Of a stretch of 41,162 nt of DNA, positions 31,990 to 40,269 are shown piece after piece; the stretch's first letter is position 1; the number at the start of each line of letters is the position of its first letter. The position numbers were made by a program, and so were the translations under genes. The stretch lies in the NCBI GenBank assembly GCA_016295665.1, contig JAEDKS010000001.1, positions 1 through 41,162 on the forward strand, given 5' to 3'. Source of the DNA: Clostridia bacterium. GTDB lineage: Bacteria; Bacillota; Clostridia; Christensenellales; Aristaeellaceae. The notes under the pieces were generated by a model, which was not told where the DNA came from, did no database searches, and was given only the letters and a program-made list of their open reading frames with translations.

Positions 31990-33324
31990 TTAGTCCGCCA
32001 GCGTGCCCATGGGATCCCAGGGTGCCAACTCGATGGCCTCCTGGTCGATCAGGCTGACCGCGTCGCCCAGGTACTCCTTTTCCACGGCGGCCTGGAACAC
32101 ATACTGGTCAAACCAGCTGTCGGAGCAGACATAGTAGCCCTTCCGACCGCTCTTTTCGCCCCAGGAGTTCTCGATCTTCCAGCGATTGGGCTTGCCGTCC
32201 ACCAGATTCACGCCGGTGATGACCATGGCGTGGTTCATGGCGGCGAAGGAGTAGTCGAGGCTGTCCGCCTTGGTCAGGGTCACATCCAGCCCGGAGAGCA
32301 GCTCGGCGTTGAAGCAGCCGTCATCCCAGATGCCGTTGGGACGGTCGCCCCACTTGCCCACGTCGCTGCCGAACCAGACCACCTTGCCGGCCTTCAGCTG
32401 CGCGATGATGGCGGCCTTGAACTCGTCCATGGTCAGGTTCAGGTGGCGCACCTGCCGTCCGCCGACCACGTTGCCCAGCAGCTTGATGGTGTACACCTTG
32501 CCGTAGGGCTTGTCGGCGGTGGGCGCGTTGATGATGCTGACAATCTGATCCAGCAGGTCGCCCACGTACTTCTGGCAGAAGCTCTGGGGCGTCATGTCCT
32601 GCTCCAGGAAGTACGCCTTGTCCTTGGTCACATACTCGAAGTCGAACTTCCTGGGCGGCTCGCCATAGCAGGAGCACAGGAAGCCGTACAGCTTGCCCAG
32701 CATGGCGTCCTTCTCCGCCTTGATCTCCTCGGCGCTGGCGCCATCCTTCACCATGCGGCGCAGTTTGGCAGCGCCCGCCTTGGTGCTGCGGTTGAGCAGA
32801 TGGTTCATGTCGCGGGTATGGCTGGCCTGATAGGTGTCGTCATACACATCCTTCGGCACCACGCCGTACTTCGCCACGATGTTGGCGAACATGTCCCACT
32901 GACCGCCGTCGTGAATGCCGGTCTGCAGAATGAACTGCACCTCGCGGCTGTCCACGGGCTGATCGGCGGTCTGCAGAATGCTCTCGAAGAAGTAGTTGCA
33001 GCGCTCGAACTTGTCCCAGAAGGCCAGGTAGCTCTGGCTCAGCTCGAAGTTTTCCAGGTTCAGGCGCTTGGCGATGCGCTCGCGGAGCACGTTGGTGGCG
33101 GCGAACAGCCAGCAGCGACCGCTGGACTGCTGGTCGGTCACATCCAGGCTCTCCAGGGTGATGGAGAACTTCATGCGCATGGCGTTGGCGCCCCGGGCGA
33201 TGTACATCACATCGTTGAGGGGTGTTTTGGAGAGGGCCATCGTCGCCAGCTGGCGGCTGGGATCGGACTGATAGGCCTCGGACCAGGCGTTCAGCTGCGC
33301 CTGAGTTACGGGAGTCTGCTGCAT
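31990..33324 (-). CDS. pepC: Aminopeptidase C (bleomycin hydrolase-type C1 cysteine peptidase)
   Basis: 444 aa. Catalytic Cys context QQSSGRCWLFAATN, with C-terminal MNHAMVITG and WKIENSWG blocks. The start at 33324 has AAGGAAGG upstream. The rest of ORF 31990..34455 is a spurious extension. Confidence 0.9.
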   Translation of the reverse strand: MQQTPVTQAQLNAWSEAYQSDPSRQLATMALSKTPLNDVMYIARGANAMRMKFSITLESLDVTDQQSSGRCWLFAATNVLRERIAKRLNLENFELSQSYLAFWDKFERCNYFFESILQTADQPVDSREVQFILQTGIHDGGQWDMFANIVAKYGVVPKDVYDDTYQASHTRDMNHLLNRSTKAGAAKLRRMVKDGASAEEIKAEKDAMLGKLYGFLCSCYGEPPRKFDFEYVTKDKAYFLEQDMTPQSFCQKYVGDLLDQIVSIINAPTADKPYGKVYTIKLLGNVVGGRQVRHLNLTMDEFKAAIIAQLKAGKVVWFGSDVGKWGDRPNGIWDDGCFNAELLSGLDVTLTKADSLDYSFAAMNHAMVITGVNLVDGKPNRWKIENSWGEKSGRKGYYVCSDSWFDQYVFQAAVEKEYLGDAVSLIDQEAIELAPWDPMGTLAD

Positions 33325-33382
33325 GGAAAAGACCTTCCTTTCCGGCTTGCTGCCGTTCATCCTTGATGGTACGGATGGTATC

Positions 33383-33411
33383 ATTTTACCGCGCATGGAG
33401 GAGAATGTCAA
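33383..33411 (-). promoter_or_regulatory. Sigma-A promoter for pepC (TTGACA, 17 nt, TAAAAT on the minus strand)
   Basis: The minus strand reads TTGACA-ttctcctccatgcgcgg-TAAAAT, about 60 nt upstream of the pepC start. Confidence 0.6.
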
Positions 33412-33504
33412 ATCGCGGATTGTTTTTTTGCCGTATTCCCATCCCAAAGGCGGCGGGCTGTGGTATGATGGTGGTATCCCCACGAAGGAGAAAGGTGAAA
33501 AGCG

Positions 33505-34305
33505 ATGAACAAGGTCTATGGTTGTTTTCCCGGCGGGCGTCACAAGGCGCTGACGCTCAGCTATGACGACGGCAAGCAGCAGGACAGGCGCCTGCTGTCG
33601 ATCTTCAACCAGCACGGCATCAAGGCCACCTTCCACATCAACAGCGGCCTCTATGAGGATCCGCGCCGCATTCAGCCGGAGGAGTTTCCCGCGCTGTATG
33701 CGGGCCATGAGGTGGCCTGCCACACGGTGACGCATCCGACCATCGCCCGGTGTCCGCTGCCGGAGGTGGCGCGGGAGGTGCTGGATGACCGTCAGGCGCT
33801 GGAGCGCGTCATGGGCTATCCCGTGCGCGGCCTGAGCTACCCCAACGGCTCCCTGTCGGAGGAGATCAAGCGCCTGCTGCCCGCCTGCGGCATCCGCTAC
33901 TCCCGGGTGGTGGGCAGCTCGGACAGCTTTGCGCTGCCCACGGACGCCTACGCCTGGCAGGCGACCTGTCACCACAACCATCGCCTGCTGGAGCTGGGCG
34001 AGGAGTTCCTGGGGCTGCACAAGCAGCAGTATCTCTACCTGATGTATGTCTGGGGCCACAGCTACGAGTTCGATGACAAAAACAACTGGGACGTGATGGA
34101 GCGCTTCTGCGCCATGATGGGCGGGCAGGAGGACATCTGGTACTGCACCAACATCGAGTACTGGGACTGCATGGACGCCTACAGCCGCCTGCAGTTCGCG
34201 GAGGACAACAGCTTCGTATTCAATCCGAACGCAGCGGACTGCTGGATTCGCGTGAACGACGGGGCGCCCCAGTGCATCCCGGGCGGAGCGCTGGTCAGGC
34301 TGTAA
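33505..34305 (+). CDS. Polysaccharide deacetylase family protein (NodB/CE4 homology)
   Basis: LTLSYDDG (the TFDDG-type motif) and HTVTHP (the HxxxH metal motif). An extended -10 TGgTATGAT is at 33461..33469 upstream. Confidence 0.8.
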   Translation: MNKVYGCFPGGRHKALTLSYDDGKQQDRRLLSIFNQHGIKATFHINSGLYEDPRRIQPEEFPALYAGHEVACHTVTHPTIARCPLPEVAREVLDDRQALERVMGYPVRGLSYPNGSLSEEIKRLLPACGIRYSRVVGSSDSFALPTDAYAWQATCHHNHRLLELGEEFLGLHKQQYLYLMYVWGHSYEFDDKNNWDVMERFCAMMGGQEDIWYCTNIEYWDCMDAYSRLQFAEDNSFVFNPNAADCWIRVNDGAPQCIPGGALVRL

Positions 34306-34361
34306 GGGCAGCGAAAAGGCGGCGGACACGCACGGAGCGCATCCACCGCCTTTGCTTTGCC

Positions 34362-34997
34362 TCAGATGTCGTTGCGGATATCGAGGTTCTCGCCCGTCAG
34401 CGCAACCACGGCGCCTGCGGCGGCCTCGGTGCTCTCGGCGTGGGCCAGCAGCCACTTGTTCCGCGCCCAGATGGTTTTGTCGGTGCCGTTGGGGGCGGGG
34501 AGCACGGGCTTGTAGTCGGTGTTGGTGCCCGCAGGCAGCGCAACCAGCACATGGAAGCCCTTCTGGGCATCCACATGGCAGGGCGCGTAGTGCAGCGTGG
34601 TGGCATAGACCTCCACCAGCACGCCTGCGGGGGCGCGGAAGGCCTTGACCTTGGCGGTATCCAGCACGCCGTCCACGATGTCGTCCTGCCTGGCGAGCAG
34701 CAGAATGAAATCCTCAACGCCCAGGTTGAACTCGCTGTCGCGGTGATACTCCAGGCAGTTCAGCTTCGTGTTGTGACCGTTGCACCAGCCCAGCTGGAAG
34801 GGCATGCCGCCGAACAGGGTTTCACCCACCACATCGGCATCGGGTGCGGCATGAAGCACCTCGTCCCGGGGCACATAGGCGACAGCATCGGTCACGGGCG
34901 TGGTTGCCAGTGCCTTCAGAATCCCTTCGGTGGGATAGCCCTCCACCACGCGTCCGTAGGGCTTGAATGCGGCATCATAAACAGACAGAATCTCCAT
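34362..34997 (-). CDS. Conserved uncharacterised protein, DUF4867-like (cupin/ureidoglycolate-lyase-like fold suspected)
   Basis: 211 aa soluble protein with clean codon bias. The family assignment is from memory of similar ~210-aa clostridial proteins and is not verified. Confidence 0.6.
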   Translation of the reverse strand: MEILSVYDAAFKPYGRVVEGYPTEGILKALATTPVTDAVAYVPRDEVLHAAPDADVVGETLFGGMPFQLGWCNGHNTKLNCLEYHRDSEFNLGVEDFILLLARQDDIVDGVLDTAKVKAFRAPAGVLVEVYATTLHYAPCHVDAQKGFHVLVALPAGTNTDYKPVLPAPNGTDKTIWARNKWLLAHAESTEAAAGAVVALTGENLDIRNDI

Positions 34998-35059
34998 CTT
35001 ACCTGCGCTTCCTTTCGTGTCCCGCCGGCGATGAGAACGGCGGGGATATTCTGTCTGTA

Positions 35060-35088
35060 AGTCTAAAACAAATGGCGCGGTCTGTCAA
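35060..35088 (-). promoter_or_regulatory. Sigma-A-type promoter for the DUF4867-like gene (TTGACA, 17 nt, TAGACT on the minus strand)
   Basis: The minus strand reads TTGACA-gaccgcgccatttgttt-TAGACT. It is followed by the 5'-UTR hairpin CCCGCCG...CGGCGGG. Confidence 0.5.
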
Positions 35089-35114
35089 GCGCGAAGGGGA
35101 TGTTGCAGAAAAAG

Positions 35115-35148
35115 CAATCTTTTGTCAATACTTTTGCAATATCTTTCG
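35115..35148. repeat. Three direct repeats with exact 11-bp phasing (CAATcTTTTG / CAATAcTTTTG / CAATATcTTTCG)
   Basis: Units start at 35115, 35126 and 35137. They lie between the two divergent promoters and end 10 bp upstream of the -35 of the DUF4317-like gene. Confidence 0.6.
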
Positions 35149-35157
35149 GCGCGCCTC

Positions 35158-35187
35158 TTGCATTTAGGCAGGAAAAGATGGTATAAT
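35158..35187 (+). promoter_or_regulatory. Sigma-A promoter for the DUF4317-like gene (TTGCAT, 18 nt, TGgTATAAT)
   Basis: TTGCAT at 35158..35163 and TATAAT at 35182..35187, with an extended -10 TG. Confidence 0.6.
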
Positions 35188-35248
35188 CATCCTCGTGTCC
35201 CGAAGCGTGGAACAGAAATCGAAGGAATCATAAGGAGAAAAACAGACC

Positions 35249-36415
35249 ATGAATGCTCGTGATCTTTCGGAACTCAAGCGTCGGCTGAACCCCGACCATC
35301 GCAATCCCACCGTGATTCGCGGCTGCTACATCAGCAGCGACGGTCAGGTGATCTCCTCCTTTGCGCAGCCCGTGGGCATGATGCCCCAGGAGGAGCTGGA
35401 GAAGTATCTTGCCATTTTCAAGCGCACCCTGTCCGGTACCATGGGCCAGAACCTGCTGTCCATTGACTTCAGTCAGGAGCAGATGGAGCAGAGCGAACCC
35501 TATCAGCTCCTCACCGAGCTGCACTCCTCCCAGCTGCAGGACGCTGCTGCGGTCGACCGGTTTTATGAGAAGGTCATCGGCTATGTGCAGGCGGAGCGGG
35601 AGCTGCAGGCCCAGTCCGTGGAGGAGGCGCAATCTGCCAGCAACTTCCTTGTGCTGCTGCTGCACGATGGCTACGACGTGCCCTACCGGGACGGGAACGG
35701 GGAAATGGATCGGGAGCGCTCCATGGACGTTTTCAGCTACATCCTCTGCAGCGTGTGCCCCGTGAAACAGACCAAGCCGTCCCTGCGCTACTTCGCGGCG
35801 GAGCAGGAGTTCCACTCCCGCGAGTCCGACTGGGTGGTTTCCGGCCCGGAGCTCGGCTTCCTGTTCCCCGCGTTCGAGGAGCGCAGCGCCAATGTGGGCC
35901 GCGCCATGTACTACACCCGGGACGCGGGCAACCAGCACGATGCCTTTGTGGAGCAGGTGCTGGGCGCGTCCGTGCAGATGACGGCGCAGGAGCAGAAGGA
36001 GACCTTCCAGGCCATCATGCAGGAATCCCTGGCGGAGGAGTGCAGCCTGTCGGTGGTGCAGAACGTCCATGAGGCCATCAGCGAGCTGATTGAGCAGCAG
36101 AAGGCGGACAAGACCGCCGAGCCCCTGAGCCTGTCCCGCCGCGAGGTGAAGCAGGTGCTGCTGGACAGCGGCGTGTCCGAGGAGAAGGCCGAGGCCTTTG
36201 AGGAGCGCTACACGGAGACCTTCGGTGAGCGCACCGCGCTGCCGGCGGTGAACATGATCACCCCCAAGCAGTTCAAGGTGGACACCCCCAACGTGTCCAT
36301 CAAGGTGGATCCGGAGCACAGCAGCCTGATCGAAACGAAGTTCATCGACGGACGGTACTACATCTGCATCCTGGTGGATGGCGAGATCGAGGTCAACGGC
36401 GTCAAGGTGAAGTAA
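35249..36415 (+). CDS. Conserved uncharacterised protein, DUF4317-like (388 aa)
   Basis: AAGGAG is upstream. The N-terminus LKRRLNPDHRNPTVIRGCYISSDGQVIS resembles the DUF4317 family as I remember it. I see no recognisable catalytic motif. The gene is monocistronic, with its own promoter and terminator. Confidence 0.65.
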   Translation: MNARDLSELKRRLNPDHRNPTVIRGCYISSDGQVISSFAQPVGMMPQEELEKYLAIFKRTLSGTMGQNLLSIDFSQEQMEQSEPYQLLTELHSSQLQDAAAVDRFYEKVIGYVQAERELQAQSVEEAQSASNFLVLLLHDGYDVPYRDGNGEMDRERSMDVFSYILCSVCPVKQTKPSLRYFAAEQEFHSRESDWVVSGPELGFLFPAFEERSANVGRAMYYTRDAGNQHDAFVEQVLGASVQMTAQEQKETFQAIMQESLAEECSLSVVQNVHEAISELIEQQKADKTAEPLSLSRREVKQVLLDSGVSEEKAEAFEERYTETFGERTALPAVNMITPKQFKVDTPNVSIKVDPEHSSLIETKFIDGRYYICILVDGEIEVNGVKVK

Positions 36416-36421
36416 ACACAG

Positions 36422-36468
36422 AAAAAGACCGAAGTCTGTTACGTGCATACAAGACTTCGGTCTTTTTT
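36422..36468. terminator. Strong bidirectional intrinsic terminator
   Basis: AAAAAGACCGAAGTCT pairs with AGACTTCGGTCTTTTTT (a 16-bp stem flanked by an A-run and a T-run) between convergent genes. Confidence 0.85.
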
Positions 36469-36475
36469 GACATCA

Positions 36476-37729
36476 TCAGAACACCTGATGTGCCATCACG
36501 GCCTCGATGTCCTCGGTGGTGCGGGGGATGTCCCGGGACAGGTTCTCGCAGCCGTCCTCCGTCACCAGGCAGTTGTCCTCCAGGCGGAAGCCGATGCCCC
36601 ACTCCTCGTGATAGATGCCCACGTCCACGCAGAACACCATGCCGGGCGCGATGACCTCCGGCGTGGCGACCACGTCGTGGACGTCATAGCCCACATGGTG
36701 GGCGCCGCCGTGCCACATCAGCCGGTCGATCTCGCGCACATCCTTCAGCACGCCCGCATCCACCAGCAACTGCGCGTTGTAGCTGCGGTTGATGGCATCC
36801 ACATCCGCCATCCGCATGCCGGGCTTCACGATGGAAAACATGTGATTGCTGGTCTGGAGCGCGCAGTCGAACAGCAGCTTCTGCCGCTCGCTGTAGCGTC
36901 CGTTGCAGGGCCAGCCCCGGGAGACGTCCGTCATCACGTTGTCCCACTGACCGCCCACGTCGTTGAGCACCATGTCCCCGTCCAGCGCCTGCCCCTCGTA
37001 GGCGTAGTAGTGGATGCAGAAGTTGTTCCTTCCGGCGCTGATGATGGAGGGGAAGGCGGGGCCCTGCGGGCCGTACTGCCCGATGGCGCGGTCAAACTCC
37101 GCCTTGTACTGGTACTCGTACATGCCGGGACGGGAGGCGCGCATCATCGCCAGGATGCCGTCCCGGGTGATGGTCTCCGCCTTGCGCATGGCCTCCAGCT
37201 CGCAGGGCTGCTTGATGAGCCGCAGCTGACGGATGAGCGCATTGGCGTTCTCGATGGTCAGGAAGGGGTACTCCCGCTGCGCCAGGCGGAGCAGGCGGTG
37301 GGCCGGCCTGTCCAGATCGCGGCTGCTGGCGCGGTACAGGTCAAGGTACAGGTGCGCCACGTGGCTCAGCGCCGCGAAGCGATGGAGCTCATCGGGGTAC
37401 TGATCCACATACCGCACATCGCTGATGCCGGACAGCGCCTCGGCTTCCTGCGGCTTGATGCGGCGCCCGGTCCAGCGCTCCGCCATCGCGTCGGGGCGCT
37501 GAATGTACAGCCGCTCTCGGACGCTGCCGTCCGCATCCTTGAGGGCCAGCAGCACTGCCTCCTTGCTGGAAATGCCGGTCAGGTACACAAAGCTGCGGTC
37601 GGCGTAGAAGGGATAGTACTCATCGTTAGTTTTGCGGATCTCCTCGCCGGAGAAGAGCACCAGCAGGGAAGCAGGCTTCATCAGCGCATAAAGGCGCTGC
37701 CGGTTGCCTGCGTGGAAGGTCTTGTCCAT
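36476..37729 (-). CDS. Xaa-Pro aminopeptidase (M24B, PepP-type with AMP_N domain)
   Basis: 417 aa. Contains the AMP_N-like motif FYADRSFVYLTGI and M24 metal-ligand blocks (DGDMVLNDVGG, DVSRGWP, HHVGYDVHD, GIGFRLEDN). AAGGAG is upstream of the start at 37729. Confidence 0.88.
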   Translation of the reverse strand: MDKTFHAGNRQRLYALMKPASLLVLFSGEEIRKTNDEYYPFYADRSFVYLTGISSKEAVLLALKDADGSVRERLYIQRPDAMAERWTGRRIKPQEAEALSGISDVRYVDQYPDELHRFAALSHVAHLYLDLYRASSRDLDRPAHRLLRLAQREYPFLTIENANALIRQLRLIKQPCELEAMRKAETITRDGILAMMRASRPGMYEYQYKAEFDRAIGQYGPQGPAFPSIISAGRNNFCIHYYAYEGQALDGDMVLNDVGGQWDNVMTDVSRGWPCNGRYSERQKLLFDCALQTSNHMFSIVKPGMRMADVDAINRSYNAQLLVDAGVLKDVREIDRLMWHGGAHHVGYDVHDVVATPEVIAPGMVFCVDVGIYHEEWGIGFRLEDNCLVTEDGCENLSRDIPRTTEDIEAVMAHQVF

Positions 37730-37766
37730 GGTCACACGGCTCCTTCTGTGTGGATTTGCGTCCAAC

Positions 37767-37795
37767 ATGATAGCACTCCGCCCATGAAAAAGCAA
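37767..37795 (-). promoter_or_regulatory. Sigma-A promoter for the aminopeptidase (TTGCTT, 17 nt, TGcTATCAT on the minus strand)
   Basis: The minus strand reads TTGCTT-tttcatgggcggagtgc-TATCAT. Confidence 0.5.
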
Positions 37796-37882
37796 GGGCT
37801 TTCCATTGTGCAATCTAATGTAGATTTGGGAATAATGGGACGTGAACAAACCAGAAAAACAATCGAAAAACAATTTTTCCGC

Positions 37883-37910
37883 TTGACATGCGCGAAAAGT
37901 GCAGTATAAT
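37883..37910 (+). promoter_or_regulatory. Consensus sigma-A promoter for the second T-box leader (TTGACA, 16 nt, TATAAT)
   Basis: TTGACA at 37883..37888 and TATAAT at 37905..37910. Confidence 0.7.
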
Positions 37911-37916
37911 AAAGGC

Positions 37917-38204
37917 GTCAACTGAACAGAAACCTGTGAGGGAGAGGAGTACCTTCGGAAGAGCACGGCAAAGGGAGTCGCTGAGAGTGGGACGGCGGCG
38001 CGTGTGTCCGGAGCGAATGGCCTCCTGAGGGTTCCTCCGAAGGGCCTGCCTGGTAGGAGGAAACGGGCATCGCACCCGTTATCCGGCGACGCATATCATG
38101 TGTATGCGATAGAGATTGCTTCCCGGAAGGGGAGCGAAGCTGAGTGGCACCGCGGGTATACCGCCTCAGTTCAGAGGAATGACCTCTGAGCTGGGGCGTT
38201 TTTT
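37917..38204 (+). promoter_or_regulatory. T-box riboswitch leader, putative Trp (UGG) specifier
   Basis: GA/K-turn GTGA, AGTA at 37948..37951, and a specifier strand GAA-TGG at 38015..38020. The T-box sequence AAGCTGAGTGGCACCGCGG is at 38137..38155, with UGGC predicting a G73 discriminator. A terminator follows. Confidence 0.8.
38162..38204 (+). terminator. Intrinsic terminator of the second T-box leader
   Basis: CGCCTCAGTTCAGAGG pairs with CCTCTGAGCTGGGGCG (16 bp including two G-U pairs) and is followed by TTTTTT at 38199..38204. Confidence 0.85.
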
Positions 38205-38262
38205 ATACCAAACCAAAGGATTGAACCGGCAGCGTCCGGCAACAAAGAAAGGATGGGTTTCC

Positions 38263-39255
38263 ATGATGAACATCAAGAAGCTGGTATCCCTGGTCCTGGC
38301 CCTGGCAATGCTCCTGTCCGTGTGTGCTGTCGCTTCCGCTGAGGAAGGCAAGACCTACACCATCGGCATCATCCAGTTTGCCGATCATCCGTCCCTGGAC
38401 AACTGCCGCGAGGGCTTCGTCGCCGGTCTGGCGGAGGCGGGCTTCGTCGAGGGCGTCAATGTGACCTATGTGTATCAGAACGCGCAGGGCAGCGTGGCTG
38501 ACTGCACGCTGATTGCCGAGAGCATGATCGCCACCTGCGACCTGATCTGTGCCATCGCGACGCCCTCTGCGCAGGCTGCCTTCAACGCCTGCGACGGCAC
38601 CGGCATCCCCGTGATCTACTCCGCCGTGTCCGACCCCATCGCCTCTGACCTGGCGACCGAGGACAAGCTGGGCATCGGTAATGTGACCGGCACCAGCGAC
38701 GAGCTGCCCGTGGCGGCGCAGCTGGCCCTGATCCATGCCATGATGCCCGAGGCTAAGACCGTCGGCATCCTGCACACCACCAGCGAGACCAACTCCGACT
38801 CCACCCTGGCGACCTACAAGGCGCTGGCTGCCGACTATGGTCTGGAAATCGTGGACAAGGGTATCGCCGACATCTCCGAGCTGGCGCTGGCGCTGGACGC
38901 GCTGCTGCCGCAGGTGGACTGCACCACCAACCTGACCGACAACACCGTGGTGAGCGGCCTGGAGCTGGTGCTGGAAAAGAGCCGTGAGGCCGGCAAGCCC
39001 GTGTTTGGCAGCGAAATCGAGCAGGTGAAGAACGGCTGCGTGGCAGCCGCTGGCATCGACTATGTGCTGCTGGGCAAGCAGACCGGCGCCATGGCGGCCC
39101 GGGTGCTGAACGGTGAGGATGCGCAGACCATCGCCTTCGAGACCTTCGCGGATGCGTTCCTGTATGCCAACGAAGCCTCCATGGCGGAGTTCGGCATCAC
39201 CCTGCCCGCTGAGTTCACGGACAGCACCGAGTTCGTGACCGCCGACGCCGAGTAA
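38263..39255 (+). CDS. ABC transporter substrate-binding protein (ABC_sub_bind/COG2984 type, TrpX-like)
   Basis: Signal peptide MMNIKKLVSLVLALAMLLSVCAVASA, then KTYTIGIIQFADHPSLDNCREGF, which is typical of this family. It is followed by the cognate permease and ATPase. Confidence 0.85.
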   Translation: MMNIKKLVSLVLALAMLLSVCAVASAEEGKTYTIGIIQFADHPSLDNCREGFVAGLAEAGFVEGVNVTYVYQNAQGSVADCTLIAESMIATCDLICAIATPSAQAAFNACDGTGIPVIYSAVSDPIASDLATEDKLGIGNVTGTSDELPVAAQLALIHAMMPEAKTVGILHTTSETNSDSTLATYKALAADYGLEIVDKGIADISELALALDALLPQVDCTTNLTDNTVVSGLELVLEKSREAGKPVFGSEIEQVKNGCVAAAGIDYVLLGKQTGAMAARVLNGEDAQTIAFETFADAFLYANEASMAEFGITLPAEFTDSTEFVTADAE

Positions 39256-39276
39256 GACGTCATCGCTTTCCAGGCT

Positions 39277-39305
39277 GTCCGGCTCCACCCCTTCAGGAGC
39301 CGGAC
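39277..39305 (+). terminator. Intercistronic hairpin after the binding-protein gene (possible partial terminator)
   Basis: A perfect 10-bp stem pairs GTCCGGCTCC with GGAGCCGGAC around a 9-nt loop. It is followed by the T-rich GGCATTTCCTGTTTC. Confidence 0.5.
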
Positions 39306-39354
39306 GGCATTTCCTGTTTCATCCCGATTCCAAGGAGAAAGGGCAGATTGTGCT

Positions 39355-40269
39355 ATGAGCGCCGTGCTTGCGTATTTCCAAATGCTTCCCGGGCTGGTGC
39401 CGGGCATCCTGGAGCAGGGCCTGATCTATGGTATCCTGTCGCTGGGGCTGCTGATTACCTACCGGATTCTGGATTTTCCGGATCTGACGGTGGACGGCTC
39501 CTTTCCGCTGGGCGCAGCCGTCTCCGCGACGCTGACGCTGCAGGGTGTTCCGCCAGCGCTGACGCTCCTGTGCGGCGCGCTCTGCGGGGCGCTGGCGGGA
39601 CTGGTGACCGGCCTGATCCATGTCAAGTGCCATGTGCGCGACCTGCTCAGCGGCATCATCACCATGACCGGGCTGTATTCCATCAACCTGCGCATCGCGG
39701 GCAAGGCCAATCTTCCTATTTTCAGTGTGGAGACGCTGTTCAAGAACAGCTTCACCAAATCGCTGCCCGCGTGGATTTCGCCCTATATCAATATCCTGGT
39801 GATTCTGCTCATCCTGCTGATCGCCAAGCTGCTGCTTGACCTGTTCCTGCGCACCAAGGCGGGCTATCTGCTGCGGGCCGCGGGCGATAACGCGGCGGTG
39901 GTCACCACGCTGGCGAAGGATCAGGGCACGGTGAAGATCATCGGCCTGATGATCGCCAACGCGCTGGTGGCGCTGGCGGGCGCGGTGATGTGTCAGCAGC
40001 AGCGCTTCTTCGACATCTCCATGGGCACGGGCACCATGGTCATCGGTCTTGCGTCCGTGATCATCGGTACCAACCTGTTCCGGAACGCCCGGCATCTGCG
40101 GAGCACCACCATGGTGGTTATCGGCGCGATTCTGTACCGCGCCTGCGTGTCCATCGCCATCTCCCTGGGCCTGGAGGCGTCGGACATGCGCCTGATTACG
40201 GCGGTGCTGTTCCTGTTGATTCTGGTGGCGGGCAATGTTCGCAGAAAGAAGGTGCGTATCCATGCCTGA
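39355..40269 (+). CDS. ABC transporter permease (COG4120 type, TrpY-like)
   Basis: 304 aa polytopic membrane protein of the branched-chain/BMP-type permease fold (GILSLGLLITYRILDFPDLTVDGSFPLGAA). Confidence 0.85.
   Translation: MSAVLAYFQMLPGLVPGILEQGLIYGILSLGLLITYRILDFPDLTVDGSFPLGAAVSATLTLQGVPPALTLLCGALCGALAGLVTGLIHVKCHVRDLLSGIITMTGLYSINLRIAGKANLPIFSVETLFKNSFTKSLPAWISPYINILVILLILLIAKLLLDLFLRTKAGYLLRAAGDNAAVVTTLAKDQGTVKIIGLMIANALVALAGAVMCQQQRFFDISMGTGTMVIGLASVIIGTNLFRNARHLRSTTMVVIGAILYRACVSIAISLGLEASDMRLITAVLFLLILVAGNVRRKKVRIHA

Noticed and set aside
33325-34455. 376-codon N-terminal extension of the pepC ORF (31990..34455), plus plus-strand ORF 31981..33366 and ORFs 34272..35060, 35228..36448, 36443..37909, 38203..39288, 39319..40287 and 40196..41098
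   Set aside because: The pepC extension runs antisense through the CE4 deacetylase gene and a promoter region. The others are antisense shadows of supported genes.
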